A stretch of 61,642 nucleotides of DNA from Actinomycetota bacterium. GTDB lineage: Bacteria; Actinomycetota; Acidimicrobiia; Acidimicrobiales; Ilumatobacteraceae. Positions 8,008 to 16,450 of the stretch are shown here, in pieces. Both the position numbers and the translations under genes were made by a program. Each line of letters starts with the position of its first letter. Within the stretch, counting starts at the first letter, position 1. Where the stretch lies: contig JBJOEQ010000035.1 of the NCBI GenBank assembly GCA_046049195.1, forward strand, positions 1-61,642, given 5' to 3'. The notes below the pieces were generated by a model. The model was not told the origin of the DNA, ran no database searches, and saw only the letters and a list, made by a program, of their open reading frames with translations.

Positions 8008-8385
8008 ATGCGCGCCTGCCAGAGTGACCCCGACTCGGGTCAAGCAACGGTTGAACTCGCGCTTGTCATGCCGCTAATCATCGGGCTATTGCTCATCATT
8101 CTCAACGTTGGTCTAGTTGTTCGCGATCAATTGGCGGTGTGGCACGCGGCAGGTGCTGGTGCGCGTGCTGCATCAATTTCACCCAACTCGCCCGACATTG
8201 TGCAACAAGCAGTCGAAGACGAAGTTTGGCTGCGACCGTTGCACCTCCAGATTACTCGTGATGAGCAACTCATCACTGTCGATGTGCAATATCCGCGCAC
8301 GATCAACCTGTGGTTGATCAAGCACTTCGTCCCACCACTGACTTTGTCGGCTTCTGTCACCATGCATGTACAAGATGTTGGGTAG
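8008..8385 (+). CDS. TadE-like pseudopilin
   Basis: N-terminal SGQATVELALVMPLIIGLLLIIL (TadE motif G-x-A-x-VE-x-AL-x-x-P) after the Met at 8008. The ORF-track start at 7903 overlaps the pilin gene. Confidence 0.6.
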   Translation: MRACQSDPDSGQATVELALVMPLIIGLLLIILNVGLVVRDQLAVWHAAGAGARAASISPNSPDIVQQAVEDEVWLRPLHLQITRDEQLITVDVQYPRTINLWLIKHFVPPLTLSASVTMHVQDVG

Positions 8386-8677
8386 CGTGATGCACATGCA
8401 GTTGTCGTCATCAATTATTCGTGATGGCCCACAATCAGTACTTGTCCTTGCGGGTGAAATCGACTTGGCAACAGTGCCAGAATGCTCTGACATGCTCACC
8501 AAATTTGTCGATGACCATGCAGGACGCGACATTGCAATTGACTTGTGTCAGGTAACTGCGCTCGACGACACAGGAGTTGGGGTCATCTTGGGTGCAGTTG
8601 CTCGTGCCCGCACATCGGGCTCACATCTTGCGCTCGTCATCGACGACCAACACATGCGCGCTCGTTTCGGTCTCTAA
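8366..8677 (+). CDS. STAS-domain anti-sigma-factor antagonist (SpoIIAA/RsbV/BldG-like). Start ambiguous: 8366, 8375, 8387, 8390 or 8396
   Basis: VLVLAGEIDLATVPE...IAIDLCQVTALDDTGVGVILGAVARAR aligns with SpoIIAA L.L.GELD...LNL..LSFMDSSGLGVILG. Asp occupies the phospho-Ser position. Confidence 0.7.
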   Translation: MYKMLGSVMHMQLSSSIIRDGPQSVLVLAGEIDLATVPECSDMLTKFVDDHAGRDIAIDLCQVTALDDTGVGVILGAVARARTSGSHLALVIDDQHMRARFGL

Positions 8678-8716
8678 CACTCCAGGTGGTGGCGCCACTA
8701 CCACACTGCTGTTTGC

Positions 8717-9868
8717 TTAATTTTTAGGTTTCTTGCGCGCACCTTTGCGATCGTAAGCACGGTCATGCACTGCTTGTTGCTCTTCGAGTTCAAGTTCTTC
8801 GGCCACCAGCATCTTCATGTTTGCAAGTCGCTCGGGCGACACATCGCCTCGTTCTACCGCTGCTTGCACAGCGCAACTCGGTTCGTCTTCATGCTTGCAA
8901 TCACGAAACTTGCACGACTCAGTCAGCGTAAAAATATCGCTGAATGCTTGCTCGATCCCGTGATTACTCATCCACAAGCTCACCGCACGCAAGCCTGGCG
9001 TATCAATGAGCCAACCGCCATTCACCAATCGCACGAGTTCGGCAGCCGTTGTGGTGTGGCGTCCACGCTGGTCGCCTTCGCGCACCGCCCCAGTTGCTTG
9101 TCCATCGTGGCCGGAAAGGGCATTGATCAGCGTTGACTTGCCAACGCCGCTGGCTCCCAATAACGCAATTGTTTGCGGCGCACTGGCGACATTCTTTTGG
9201 GTGTCGTATATATGCGATATATACGTATAGGCGCGCAAGCCGTCGAGTCCAGCCCCAGTTTTGGCGCTCGCAAAAAGCAGTGGCACGCCAGCAAGTACGG
9301 GCTCAACGCGGCGCACCATCAGCGACAATCCGTCGGCATCCATTTCGTCGATTTTGTTAAACACCAAAACTGGTTGTGCGCCACTATCAAAAGCCAACAC
9401 AAGTTCGCGTTCGATGCGTCGCAAGTTTGGGTCTGGCGTTGCGGCTTGCACTACGAGCACGGTGTCGATATTTGCTGCAACAGTGTGTGACTCTGCGCGC
9501 ACGGTGTCTGACGATGCACGTCGAGTGAGTGCCGAACTGCGCGACAACACGTGATCAATCTTCTCTAAGTCATCAGAAATAATGACCCAATCGCCAACTG
9601 CAACGTCAGCACCGATGTTGCGCACGCGCTCGACGCCATCAACTGCGTCATGCACTCCACTGGTAAGAATTGTGCTCCATCCGCGATCGATTCTGCTCAC
9701 TCGACCGAGTCTTCGACCGTGTTGCAACGACATCATCGCGTATTTTTTTTCGATCAACTCTGTTGCGAGTCGCTCATTCCATCCAAGCGAAAGAGCATTC
9801 GCCGCATCGTCACGAGTGGTGGCATTTGCCAAACCTTCATGTGCGTCATTGGTCATTTCATGACTCAC
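8717..9868 (-). CDS. rsgA: Ribosome small-subunit-dependent GTPase A
   Basis: Circularly permuted GTPase: NKID (G4) lies before GASGVGKSTLINAL (G1). C-terminal zinc knuckle CKFRDCKHEDEPSCAV. Confidence 0.9.
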   Translation of the reverse strand: MSHEMTNDAHEGLANATTRDDAANALSLGWNERLATELIEKKYAMMSLQHGRRLGRVSRIDRGWSTILTSGVHDAVDGVERVRNIGADVAVGDWVIISDDLEKIDHVLSRSSALTRRASSDTVRAESHTVAANIDTVLVVQAATPDPNLRRIERELVLAFDSGAQPVLVFNKIDEMDADGLSLMVRRVEPVLAGVPLLFASAKTGAGLDGLRAYTYISHIYDTQKNVASAPQTIALLGASGVGKSTLINALSGHDGQATGAVREGDQRGRHTTTAAELVRLVNGGWLIDTPGLRAVSLWMSNHGIEQAFSDIFTLTESCKFRDCKHEDEPSCAVQAAVERGDVSPERLANMKMLVAEELELEEQQAVHDRAYDRKGARKKPKN

Positions 9869-9954
9869 GCTAGCGAAATTAAACCCTTACTGCATTTGGC
9901 TTTACGTGGATAGCCTTGACAAGACAGTGCAAAACAACGTAACGATGAAAAGTC

Positions 9955-12639
9955 ATGTCTAAGCCCCTTGTCATAGTCGAGTCCCCCGCCAAGGCCAAAA
10001 CGATCGCCAAATTTCTTGGTGATGGCTTTGACGTACGCGCTTCTGTCGGCCACATCGCCGACCTTCCGAGCAAGGGTCTATCGGTCGATGTCGATAACGG
10101 ATTCAAGCCAACCTATGAACTGACCGAGCGCGGCAGCACCATTATTAAGGAACTCAAAAGCGTTCTTAAAACAGCCAGCGCCCTCTATCTTGCAACCGAC
10201 GAAGACCGCGAGGGCGAAGCAATTGCTGCGCACTTGTTTGAGTATCTCAAGCCAAAAAACATCGAGACCAAGCGCATGGTGTTTCACGAAATCACCAAAG
10301 CCGCAATCGACGAAGCTATTGCCAACCCGCGTGACATCGATTACAAACTTGTTGACGCTGCAGAGGCACGCCGCATCCTTGATCGGTTATACGGATATTC
10401 GGTATCGCCAATCTTGTGGCGCAAAGTCAACCGCGGTTTATCTGCAGGTCGCGTGCAGAGCCCATCCATTCGTTTGGTGGTCGAGCGCGAACAAGAACGC
10501 ATGGCTCATATCTCGGCTGCGTACTGGGATCTCGAGGCGGTCACTGCCACCTCACCACAGTTCACTGCCACGCTGCAATCGGTCGATGGAGTGCGCATTG
10601 CAACAGGCAAAGATTTCAATGAAAAAGGCATCGCCAAAGAAGCGGTAGTCGTTATTAATGAGGCGCGAGCCCAAGAGCTTTCGGCGGGCTTGCAAGGCGC
10701 CACGCTCGAGGTGCGCAGTGTGGAAGAAAAGCCATACCGCAAGTCGCCAAAAGCGCCGTTTATGACGAGCACATTGCAACAAGAAGGCGGCAATAAGTTG
10801 CGCATCACCGCAAGCGAAGTGATGCGTGTTGCGCAGGGTTTGTATGAAGCCGGTTACATCACGTACATGCGTACCGATGCGGTAACGCTTGGCGCTGAAG
10901 CGCTGTACGAAGTGCGCACCGCCATTGCAACTACATATGGTGATGAGTTTTTGTCTGCCACACCGCGCGAATACAAATCAAAAGTCAAGAATGCGCAAGA
11001 GGCTCACGAAGCAATTCGTCCGGTGTTGCCGTTGCGCAGTCCAGAAGAACTCGCGCCAGAGTTGCGCGCCAACGAGCTTGCGCTCTATCGATTGATTTGG
11101 CAGCGCACACTTGCATCACAAATGAACGACACGTTGGGCACGACGCTCACTGTGCGGTTGGGTGCAATCACGCCAGGCACCAACCCAGCCAACTGCGAAT
11201 TTTCTGCGAGCGGCACCACCATCACGTTTGCTGGTTATCGCCAGGCTTATCAAGAAGTTGTTGAAGAGTCAGCCGATGATGCCGACGAAAAAGAAGCGTT
11301 GTTGCCAGTGCTCAAGGTTGGCGACGGTGTTGAAGTTGAAACCATTAACGCGCTTGGTCACAACACTTCACCGCCATCTCGTTTTACTGAGCCAACGCTC
11401 GTCAAGCGACTCGAAGAAGAAGGCATCGGCCGACCTTCGACATACGCATCCATTCTCGGCACGATCATTAACCGCGGCTATGTATGGAAAAAGGGTCAGG
11501 CTCTTGTTCCTTCGTGGACAGCGTTTGCTGTGGTGCGTTTGTTGAAGGATCACTTCACCACATTGGTTGATTACAAGTTCACTGCAATTGTTGAAGAAGA
11601 ACTAGACGAAATTGCTGAAGGCACGCGAGTGCGTGATGCCTGGCTTCACGAGTTCTATTTTGGCAACGGCAAAGAGTTGCCTGGTCTCAAACCACTTGTC
11701 GAACACAACATCGAAAACATCGACGCTGCCACGCTTAATGCGTTTCATGTTGGTCCACACCCAGTGAGCGGCGACATGATCGAAGCCCGTCCTGGCAAAT
11801 TTGGTCCTTATATAAGGTGTGGCGAGCAGACTGCGGGAATTCCCGACAGCATGGCGCCAGACGAACTCACGGTTGCAGTTGCGCTCGAGATTTTGGCGCG
11901 ACCAAAGTTTGAGGAACCGATTGGCGAAAAAGACGGTCTTCCTGTTTATAAAAAAACTGGCAAGTATGGCCCGTATGTCATGTGGGGCACGCTCGATACT
12001 CCTCCACCAAACATGGAAAAAGCAAAGATGGTTTCGCTATTTAAAGACATGACTATCGAGGCGCTCACGATCGATGATGCGCTTCTGTTGTTGTCGCTGC
12101 CACGCACTGTTGGCTTCGACCCAGCAGATGGCGAGATCATTACTGCGCAAAACGGTCGCTACGGCCCATACATCAATAAAGGCAAAGAGAGCCGCACGCT
12201 CGACACCGAGCAAGAGTTGTTTACGTTCACACTCGAGCAGTCACTGGCCAAGCTTGCAGAGCCGCGTGTGTATGGCCGACGCGGACCAGCAAAGCCACCA
12301 TTGCGTGAGTTTGGTGTCGACCCAGTGAGCGGCAAACCGGTTGTTGCTAAAGATGGCAAGTTTGGTGTGTACGTCACTGACGGCGAGACAAATGCGAGTC
12401 TTACTCGCGGTGACCGTTTGGAATATGTGACGCCAGAGCGCGCATTCGAGTTGTTGGCTGTGCGCCGCGATGCAGACCCATCGCTCAAGCGCAAGAAGTC
12501 TGCCAAGCCAGCCAAAAAGGCAGCGGATAAGAAAGTTGCAAAGGCTCCTGCAAAGGCTGCAAAAAAAGTTGCTGCAAAAACTGTAAAGAAGACAGCCAAG
12601 AAAGTCGCCAAGAAAGCTGCACAGAAAAAAGCCTCATGA
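9955..12639 (+). CDS. topA: DNA topoisomerase I, actinobacterial type with a Lys/Ala-rich C-terminal tail
   Basis: Toprim LVIVESPAKAKTIAKFLG; active-site region GYITYMRTD; no Cys4 zinc ribbons in the C-terminal repeats; tail KRKKSAKPAKKAADKKVAKAPAKAAKKVAAKTVKKTAKKVAKKAAQKKAS. Confidence 0.97.
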   Translation: MSKPLVIVESPAKAKTIAKFLGDGFDVRASVGHIADLPSKGLSVDVDNGFKPTYELTERGSTIIKELKSVLKTASALYLATDEDREGEAIAAHLFEYLKPKNIETKRMVFHEITKAAIDEAIANPRDIDYKLVDAAEARRILDRLYGYSVSPILWRKVNRGLSAGRVQSPSIRLVVEREQERMAHISAAYWDLEAVTATSPQFTATLQSVDGVRIATGKDFNEKGIAKEAVVVINEARAQELSAGLQGATLEVRSVEEKPYRKSPKAPFMTSTLQQEGGNKLRITASEVMRVAQGLYEAGYITYMRTDAVTLGAEALYEVRTAIATTYGDEFLSATPREYKSKVKNAQEAHEAIRPVLPLRSPEELAPELRANELALYRLIWQRTLASQMNDTLGTTLTVRLGAITPGTNPANCEFSASGTTITFAGYRQAYQEVVEESADDADEKEALLPVLKVGDGVEVETINALGHNTSPPSRFTEPTLVKRLEEEGIGRPSTYASILGTIINRGYVWKKGQALVPSWTAFAVVRLLKDHFTTLVDYKFTAIVEEELDEIAEGTRVRDAWLHEFYFGNGKELPGLKPLVEHNIENIDAATLNAFHVGPHPVSGDMIEARPGKFGPYIRCGEQTAGIPDSMAPDELTVAVALEILARPKFEEPIGEKDGLPVYKKTGKYGPYVMWGTLDTPPPNMEKAKMVSLFKDMTIEALTIDDALLLLSLPRTVGFDPADGEIITAQNGRYGPYINKGKESRTLDTEQELFTFTLEQSLAKLAEPRVYGRRGPAKPPLREFGVDPVSGKPVVAKDGKFGVYVTDGETNASLTRGDRLEYVTPERAFELLAVRRDADPSLKRKKSAKPAKKAADKKVAKAPAKAAKKVAAKTVKKTAKKVAKKAAQKKAS

Positions 12640-13253
12640 CGACCGGCCGCTACATCGCCTTTGAAGGCCTTGAGGGCTGCGGCAAATCAACGCACGTAAC
12701 GCGTCTTGCCGAAGCAATCGGTGGCGTTGCAACTCGCGAGCCTGGCGGCACTGAAATTGGTGCGTCTCTTCGCACAGCAATGTTGGATGCATCAAACACC
12801 ATGCTCTCACCACGCGCCGAAGCGCTCATGATGTCGGCGGATCGTGCGCAGCATCTAGACGAACTTGTATTGCCAGCGCTGCGTAGCGGCAAACATGTGG
12901 TCAGTGATCGCAGTGCATTTTCGTCGCTCGCCTATCAGGGCTACGGGCGCATGCTCGACATTGATGAGCTGAAGCGTTTCAATAACTGGGCAATTGATGG
13001 TCACTGGCCAGACTTAGTGGTGTTCATTGATGTGCCACTTGAGCAATTGCTCGAGCGCTTACAGAAGCGTGAGCTTGATCGCTTCGAGCGCGAAGACCGT
13101 GCATTTTTCGAGCGCATTTTCACTGGCTTTCACACCATGGCAGCAGCCGACCCAACTCGTTGGCTCATCGTTGATGGCAGGCCACCAAAAGACGAACTCG
13201 CTGCAACCATTCTCACTCGGGTTTGCGAACGACTTCAGATCACATTGTCATGA
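12636..13253 (+). CDS. tmk: Thymidylate kinase
   Basis: P-loop IAFEGLEGCGKST, plus DR and LID regions. ATGA overlap with topA. Confidence 0.9.
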   Translation: MTTGRYIAFEGLEGCGKSTHVTRLAEAIGGVATREPGGTEIGASLRTAMLDASNTMLSPRAEALMMSADRAQHLDELVLPALRSGKHVVSDRSAFSSLAYQGYGRMLDIDELKRFNNWAIDGHWPDLVVFIDVPLEQLLERLQKRELDRFEREDRAFFERIFTGFHTMAAADPTRWLIVDGRPPKDELAATILTRVCERLQITLS

Positions 13254-14347
13254 GTGCGGCGTCAACTGCCACAGCGAGTGTTTGGCAGACAGTCGTTGGT
13301 CAGTCGCATGCAGTGCAGCAGTTGCAACAACTTGCAACTCAGTCGGTGCATGCCTATCTATTTGTAGGACCAGAGGGTTGCGGCAAAGAAGAGGCCGCGC
13401 GCGCGTTTTCTACCGTGCTCATTACGGATTCAGATGACCCGACAACTCGTGAAGCAAAACTGATTGCGCGTGGCGCTTACTCCGACGTGAATGAGGTGTT
13501 GCGTGAGGGTGCTGCGGTCGACAAAGACGAAGCCGACAACATTGTGCGTCTGTCTTCAACAACACCCACCGAAAGCAAAGTCAAGATTGTGATCATTCAC
13601 GAGTTGCATCTCATGCGTGACTCGGCTGCTGTTCGCTTGTTGAAGACGATTGAAGAACCACCAGAGCGCATGATTTTTATACTTCTTGCCGACCAACTCG
13701 TGCCGGCACTTGCAACTATCAATTCGCGTTGTGTCGTTGTCAATTTTGTGCGCCCAGACGACGCGCAAATTGCCGAAGCGCTTGTGGCAGAAGGTATTAA
13801 GCCCGATCTTGCAGCATCGGTGTCTCGCGCGGCAGCGGGCAATCTTGGTCGAGCACGTCATCTTGCCACCGACAAGTTTTTGGCTAAGCGCCAAGAAGCT
13901 TTTGCATCGATACCGCCTCGCCTCGATGGCACTGGTGCGCAGGTTGCTGCGCTTGTTGATGAGTTGTTCGAACACATTGATGAAGCAGCAGCGCCGTTGC
14001 TGAAAGCTCAAGTAGACGAATTATCTACTCTCGAAGAGCGTGTCGCACTTACGGGCGAGCGCGGAAGCGGACGCAAGGCATTGCAAGACCGCCACAAGCG
14101 ACAATTGCGCAAATTTAAGACCGATGAGTTGCGAAGCGGTCTTGCAACTATTGCTGGCGTGTATCACGCACTTATCGTCACGCAACCCACTCCGTCAAAT
14201 TCCGATGTCTACATTCAAGCAATCGAACGAATCCACAAAGCAATGGGTGCACTCGGACTCAATGTCAATGAAGCCTTAGCACTGCAAGCACTGTTCTTGC
14301 AATGTCCTTCGCTCATGCCAATGCCACAAGTTGCGCCAGTAAACTGA
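13250..14347 (+). CDS. holB: DNA polymerase III delta' subunit
   Basis: HAYLFVGPEGCGKEEAA (AAA+ P-loop-like) and SRC motif INSRCVVV. The ATG at 13250 gives an ATGA overlap with the tmk stop and is preferred over the ORF-track start at 13223. Confidence 0.85.
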   Translation: MSAASTATASVWQTVVGQSHAVQQLQQLATQSVHAYLFVGPEGCGKEEAARAFSTVLITDSDDPTTREAKLIARGAYSDVNEVLREGAAVDKDEADNIVRLSSTTPTESKVKIVIIHELHLMRDSAAVRLLKTIEEPPERMIFILLADQLVPALATINSRCVVVNFVRPDDAQIAEALVAEGIKPDLAASVSRAAAGNLGRARHLATDKFLAKRQEAFASIPPRLDGTGAQVAALVDELFEHIDEAAAPLLKAQVDELSTLEERVALTGERGSGRKALQDRHKRQLRKFKTDELRSGLATIAGVYHALIVTQPTPSNSDVYIQAIERIHKAMGALGLNVNEALALQALFLQCPSLMPMPQVAPVN

Positions 14348-14369
14348 CGAGTTAATTAGCTAAATACCC

Positions 14370-14444
14370 GCCCAGGTAGCTCAGGGGTAGAGCAACGCAC
14401 TCGTAATGCGTAGGTCGTGAGTTCGATTCTCATCTTGGGCTCCA
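14370..14444 (+). tRNA. tRNA-Thr (anticodon CGU)
   Basis: GCCCAGGTAGCTCAGGGGTAGAGCAACGCACTCGTAATGCGTAGGTCGTGAGTTCGATTCTCATCTTGGGCTCCA. 7-bp acceptor (one G-U), anticodon loop CTCGTAA, T-loop TTCGATT, encoded CCA. Confidence 0.93.
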
Positions 14445-14554
14445 GTATTGAGATCAGAATTGCCACATTCCGCGATCTATCTTGGTTATCTAAAGTATTC
14501 TGAATTCTTACAAAGTCAATGGGCTTTGCATTTTCAACCTAGGGATCTTCTGCA

Positions 14555-16444
14555 TTGACAACTGAACACACACTCCACTCCAAAATTCAACCAGAGATAC
14601 AATTTCTGCGTGCTTTTGCCGTCTCACTCGTAATTCTGTCACATTCCAAATTTTCCATGTGGTCGGGTGGATTCGTTGGCGTCGACATGTTCTTTGTGGT
14701 TTCAGGGTATGTGATTGGTCTTTCCCTGATACATGAACGACAACAATCAAACTCCAATTCACTCAAGCGGTTCTTTCAACGCCGTTTTTTTAGAATATTT
14801 CCACCACTGGTGGCCACCATCGTTGGTTCATGCGTTTACGCATATTTAATTCTGCCGCTTGATCGCGTGCAGGACTACTTCATTCAGCAAGCTCGAGCGG
14901 CACTATTTAGTTATGCAAACTTTTTTTTCATCTTTCACAAAATGGACTACTTTCTTCAGGAAGCCAACTCAACATTTTTCTTGCACACTTGGTCACTTGG
15001 CATTGAAGAACAGTTCTATATTCTTGTTCCCATCTTGATTGCCATTATCAGTATTAAATATCAGTCGAATGTGTCAAGCCATCATTTCCGTATCTGGAGA
15101 AATGTATTTCGAACTATTGCTCTCATATCAGCAATTTCTGCATTGGTAATTCATTTAAACGTTTTCACATTCTCAACTCCAGAATTCAGTCAGCTAGTTC
15201 TCTTTTACTCGCCCCTCACTCGGTCGTGGGAGTTTTTTGTTGGCATGTTAATTGCGCTTCACTTGACTACCCAAACACCAACCAGATCGCTACATTTGCA
15301 AAGCAAATTCGGTAGCCGAAGCGCTTTAGGAACGTCAATAGCTCTCTTGATTATTTCACTCGTTGGATATCAGCAAGGAATGTTGTCGCAATTTAGCGCA
15401 AGTTCACTGACTGCATTGGCAACTGGATTATTTATTTTAATACGAAACGAATTCAATTTCGCCGACAACCGTATAATCCGTCATCGCGTAATTCAAACAA
15501 TTGGCAATGCGTCGTATTCAATTTACCTATGGCACTGGATTGGCGTCTCAATTGCTGCGGATATTTTTCATCCGGCTCGACCAATGAATACTTCACTCCT
15601 CATCGCCCTCTCATTGATTCCCGCATTCTTGTCATACAGACTCATTGAAATACCATTTCGCAAAATTCGATTTCTACCAACTCGTCCCAAGATAATCATT
15701 GGTATTTCTCTTGTGCTCACTCCTGTCATGTGTCTCACCTTTTTACGAAGCACTATGCTCTCTGCGCGTGAAGAGTACGGAAACGTATATCCTTCTACCG
15801 TTCTTGAAGGGTGCGATTTCTGGGGTGAGTTATGCATAGTCGGACCCAATGACGCTTCAAAAAGAATACTGGTCTATGGTGACTCACATGCATACCAGTT
15901 GATACCAATGATCAAGGATTACGCAGAAGTTCATAATTTTGAACTGACGACGTGTGTGATGGTTTGCAAGGATGAGAAGCTTTCTCAAATCGGAGACAAT
16001 TCGTTTTCTGAAAACCGCTTTGATTTAGTCATTACGTCAATCAAAACAATTAGTGGTACGGCTTCGCGAGATGATCGTAAAACGTTTGCTTCTTATTTTA
16101 ATTCGTATACAAAAGCAGCGAATTCTCGTCACCTAGTCGTACTTGACAACCCATTTTTTGCCAATCAAGTTTCGCCGCGCCGAATTAAACACCCAGTGCT
16201 AGAGCCACTTGACCGAATAGCGCAAACAGAGATGCGCGCTCCGTACCTCACTGATTTACTTTCAGACTCAGACGCTAAGACGATCTTTTTTGATCCATTT
16301 GATTCGTTGTGTAACGAGGAAATTTGCTTCACTGAGTTTGACGGAAAAGCCCTTTACCTTGACAACAATCATTATTCGATGGCGGGTAGCAAACTCATTC
16401 AACCAAATCTCTATAAGACCCTTGATTCGCTTCTCAGGAATTAA
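14555..16444 (+). CDS. Acyltransferase-3 (OafA/YrhL-type) membrane O-acyltransferase fused to a C-terminal SGNH domain
   Basis: AT3 motifs FLRAFAVSLVILSH and WSLGIEEQFY, about 10 TM helices, and a C-terminal block VYGDSHA (SGNH block I). Visibly AT-richer than its neighbours. The TTG start is uncertain. Confidence 0.8.
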   Translation: MTTEHTLHSKIQPEIQFLRAFAVSLVILSHSKFSMWSGGFVGVDMFFVVSGYVIGLSLIHERQQSNSNSLKRFFQRRFFRIFPPLVATIVGSCVYAYLILPLDRVQDYFIQQARAALFSYANFFFIFHKMDYFLQEANSTFFLHTWSLGIEEQFYILVPILIAIISIKYQSNVSSHHFRIWRNVFRTIALISAISALVIHLNVFTFSTPEFSQLVLFYSPLTRSWEFFVGMLIALHLTTQTPTRSLHLQSKFGSRSALGTSIALLIISLVGYQQGMLSQFSASSLTALATGLFILIRNEFNFADNRIIRHRVIQTIGNASYSIYLWHWIGVSIAADIFHPARPMNTSLLIALSLIPAFLSYRLIEIPFRKIRFLPTRPKIIIGISLVLTPVMCLTFLRSTMLSAREEYGNVYPSTVLEGCDFWGELCIVGPNDASKRILVYGDSHAYQLIPMIKDYAEVHNFELTTCVMVCKDEKLSQIGDNSFSENRFDLVITSIKTISGTASRDDRKTFASYFNSYTKAANSRHLVVLDNPFFANQVSPRRIKHPVLEPLDRIAQTEMRAPYLTDLLSDSDAKTIFFDPFDSLCNEEICFTEFDGKALYLDNNHYSMAGSKLIQPNLYKTLDSLLRN

Positions 16445-16450
16445 CTCTCT

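Noticed and set aside
9916-9945. A perfect -35 hexamer TTGACA (9916-9921) upstream of topA as a promoter
   Set aside because: No acceptable -10 (TANNNT) lies at 16-18 nt spacing; the candidates are GTAACG and TAACGA. It was therefore not called as a feature.
14370-16450. Possible integrative mobile element at tRNA-Thr (and likewise at tRNA-Arg, 60186-61233)
   Set aside because: No integrase, recombinase or transposase gene is present. I could not find a direct repeat of the tRNA 3' end at the far side of either AT-rich gene. They are reported only as compositionally atypical islets, not as mobile elements.
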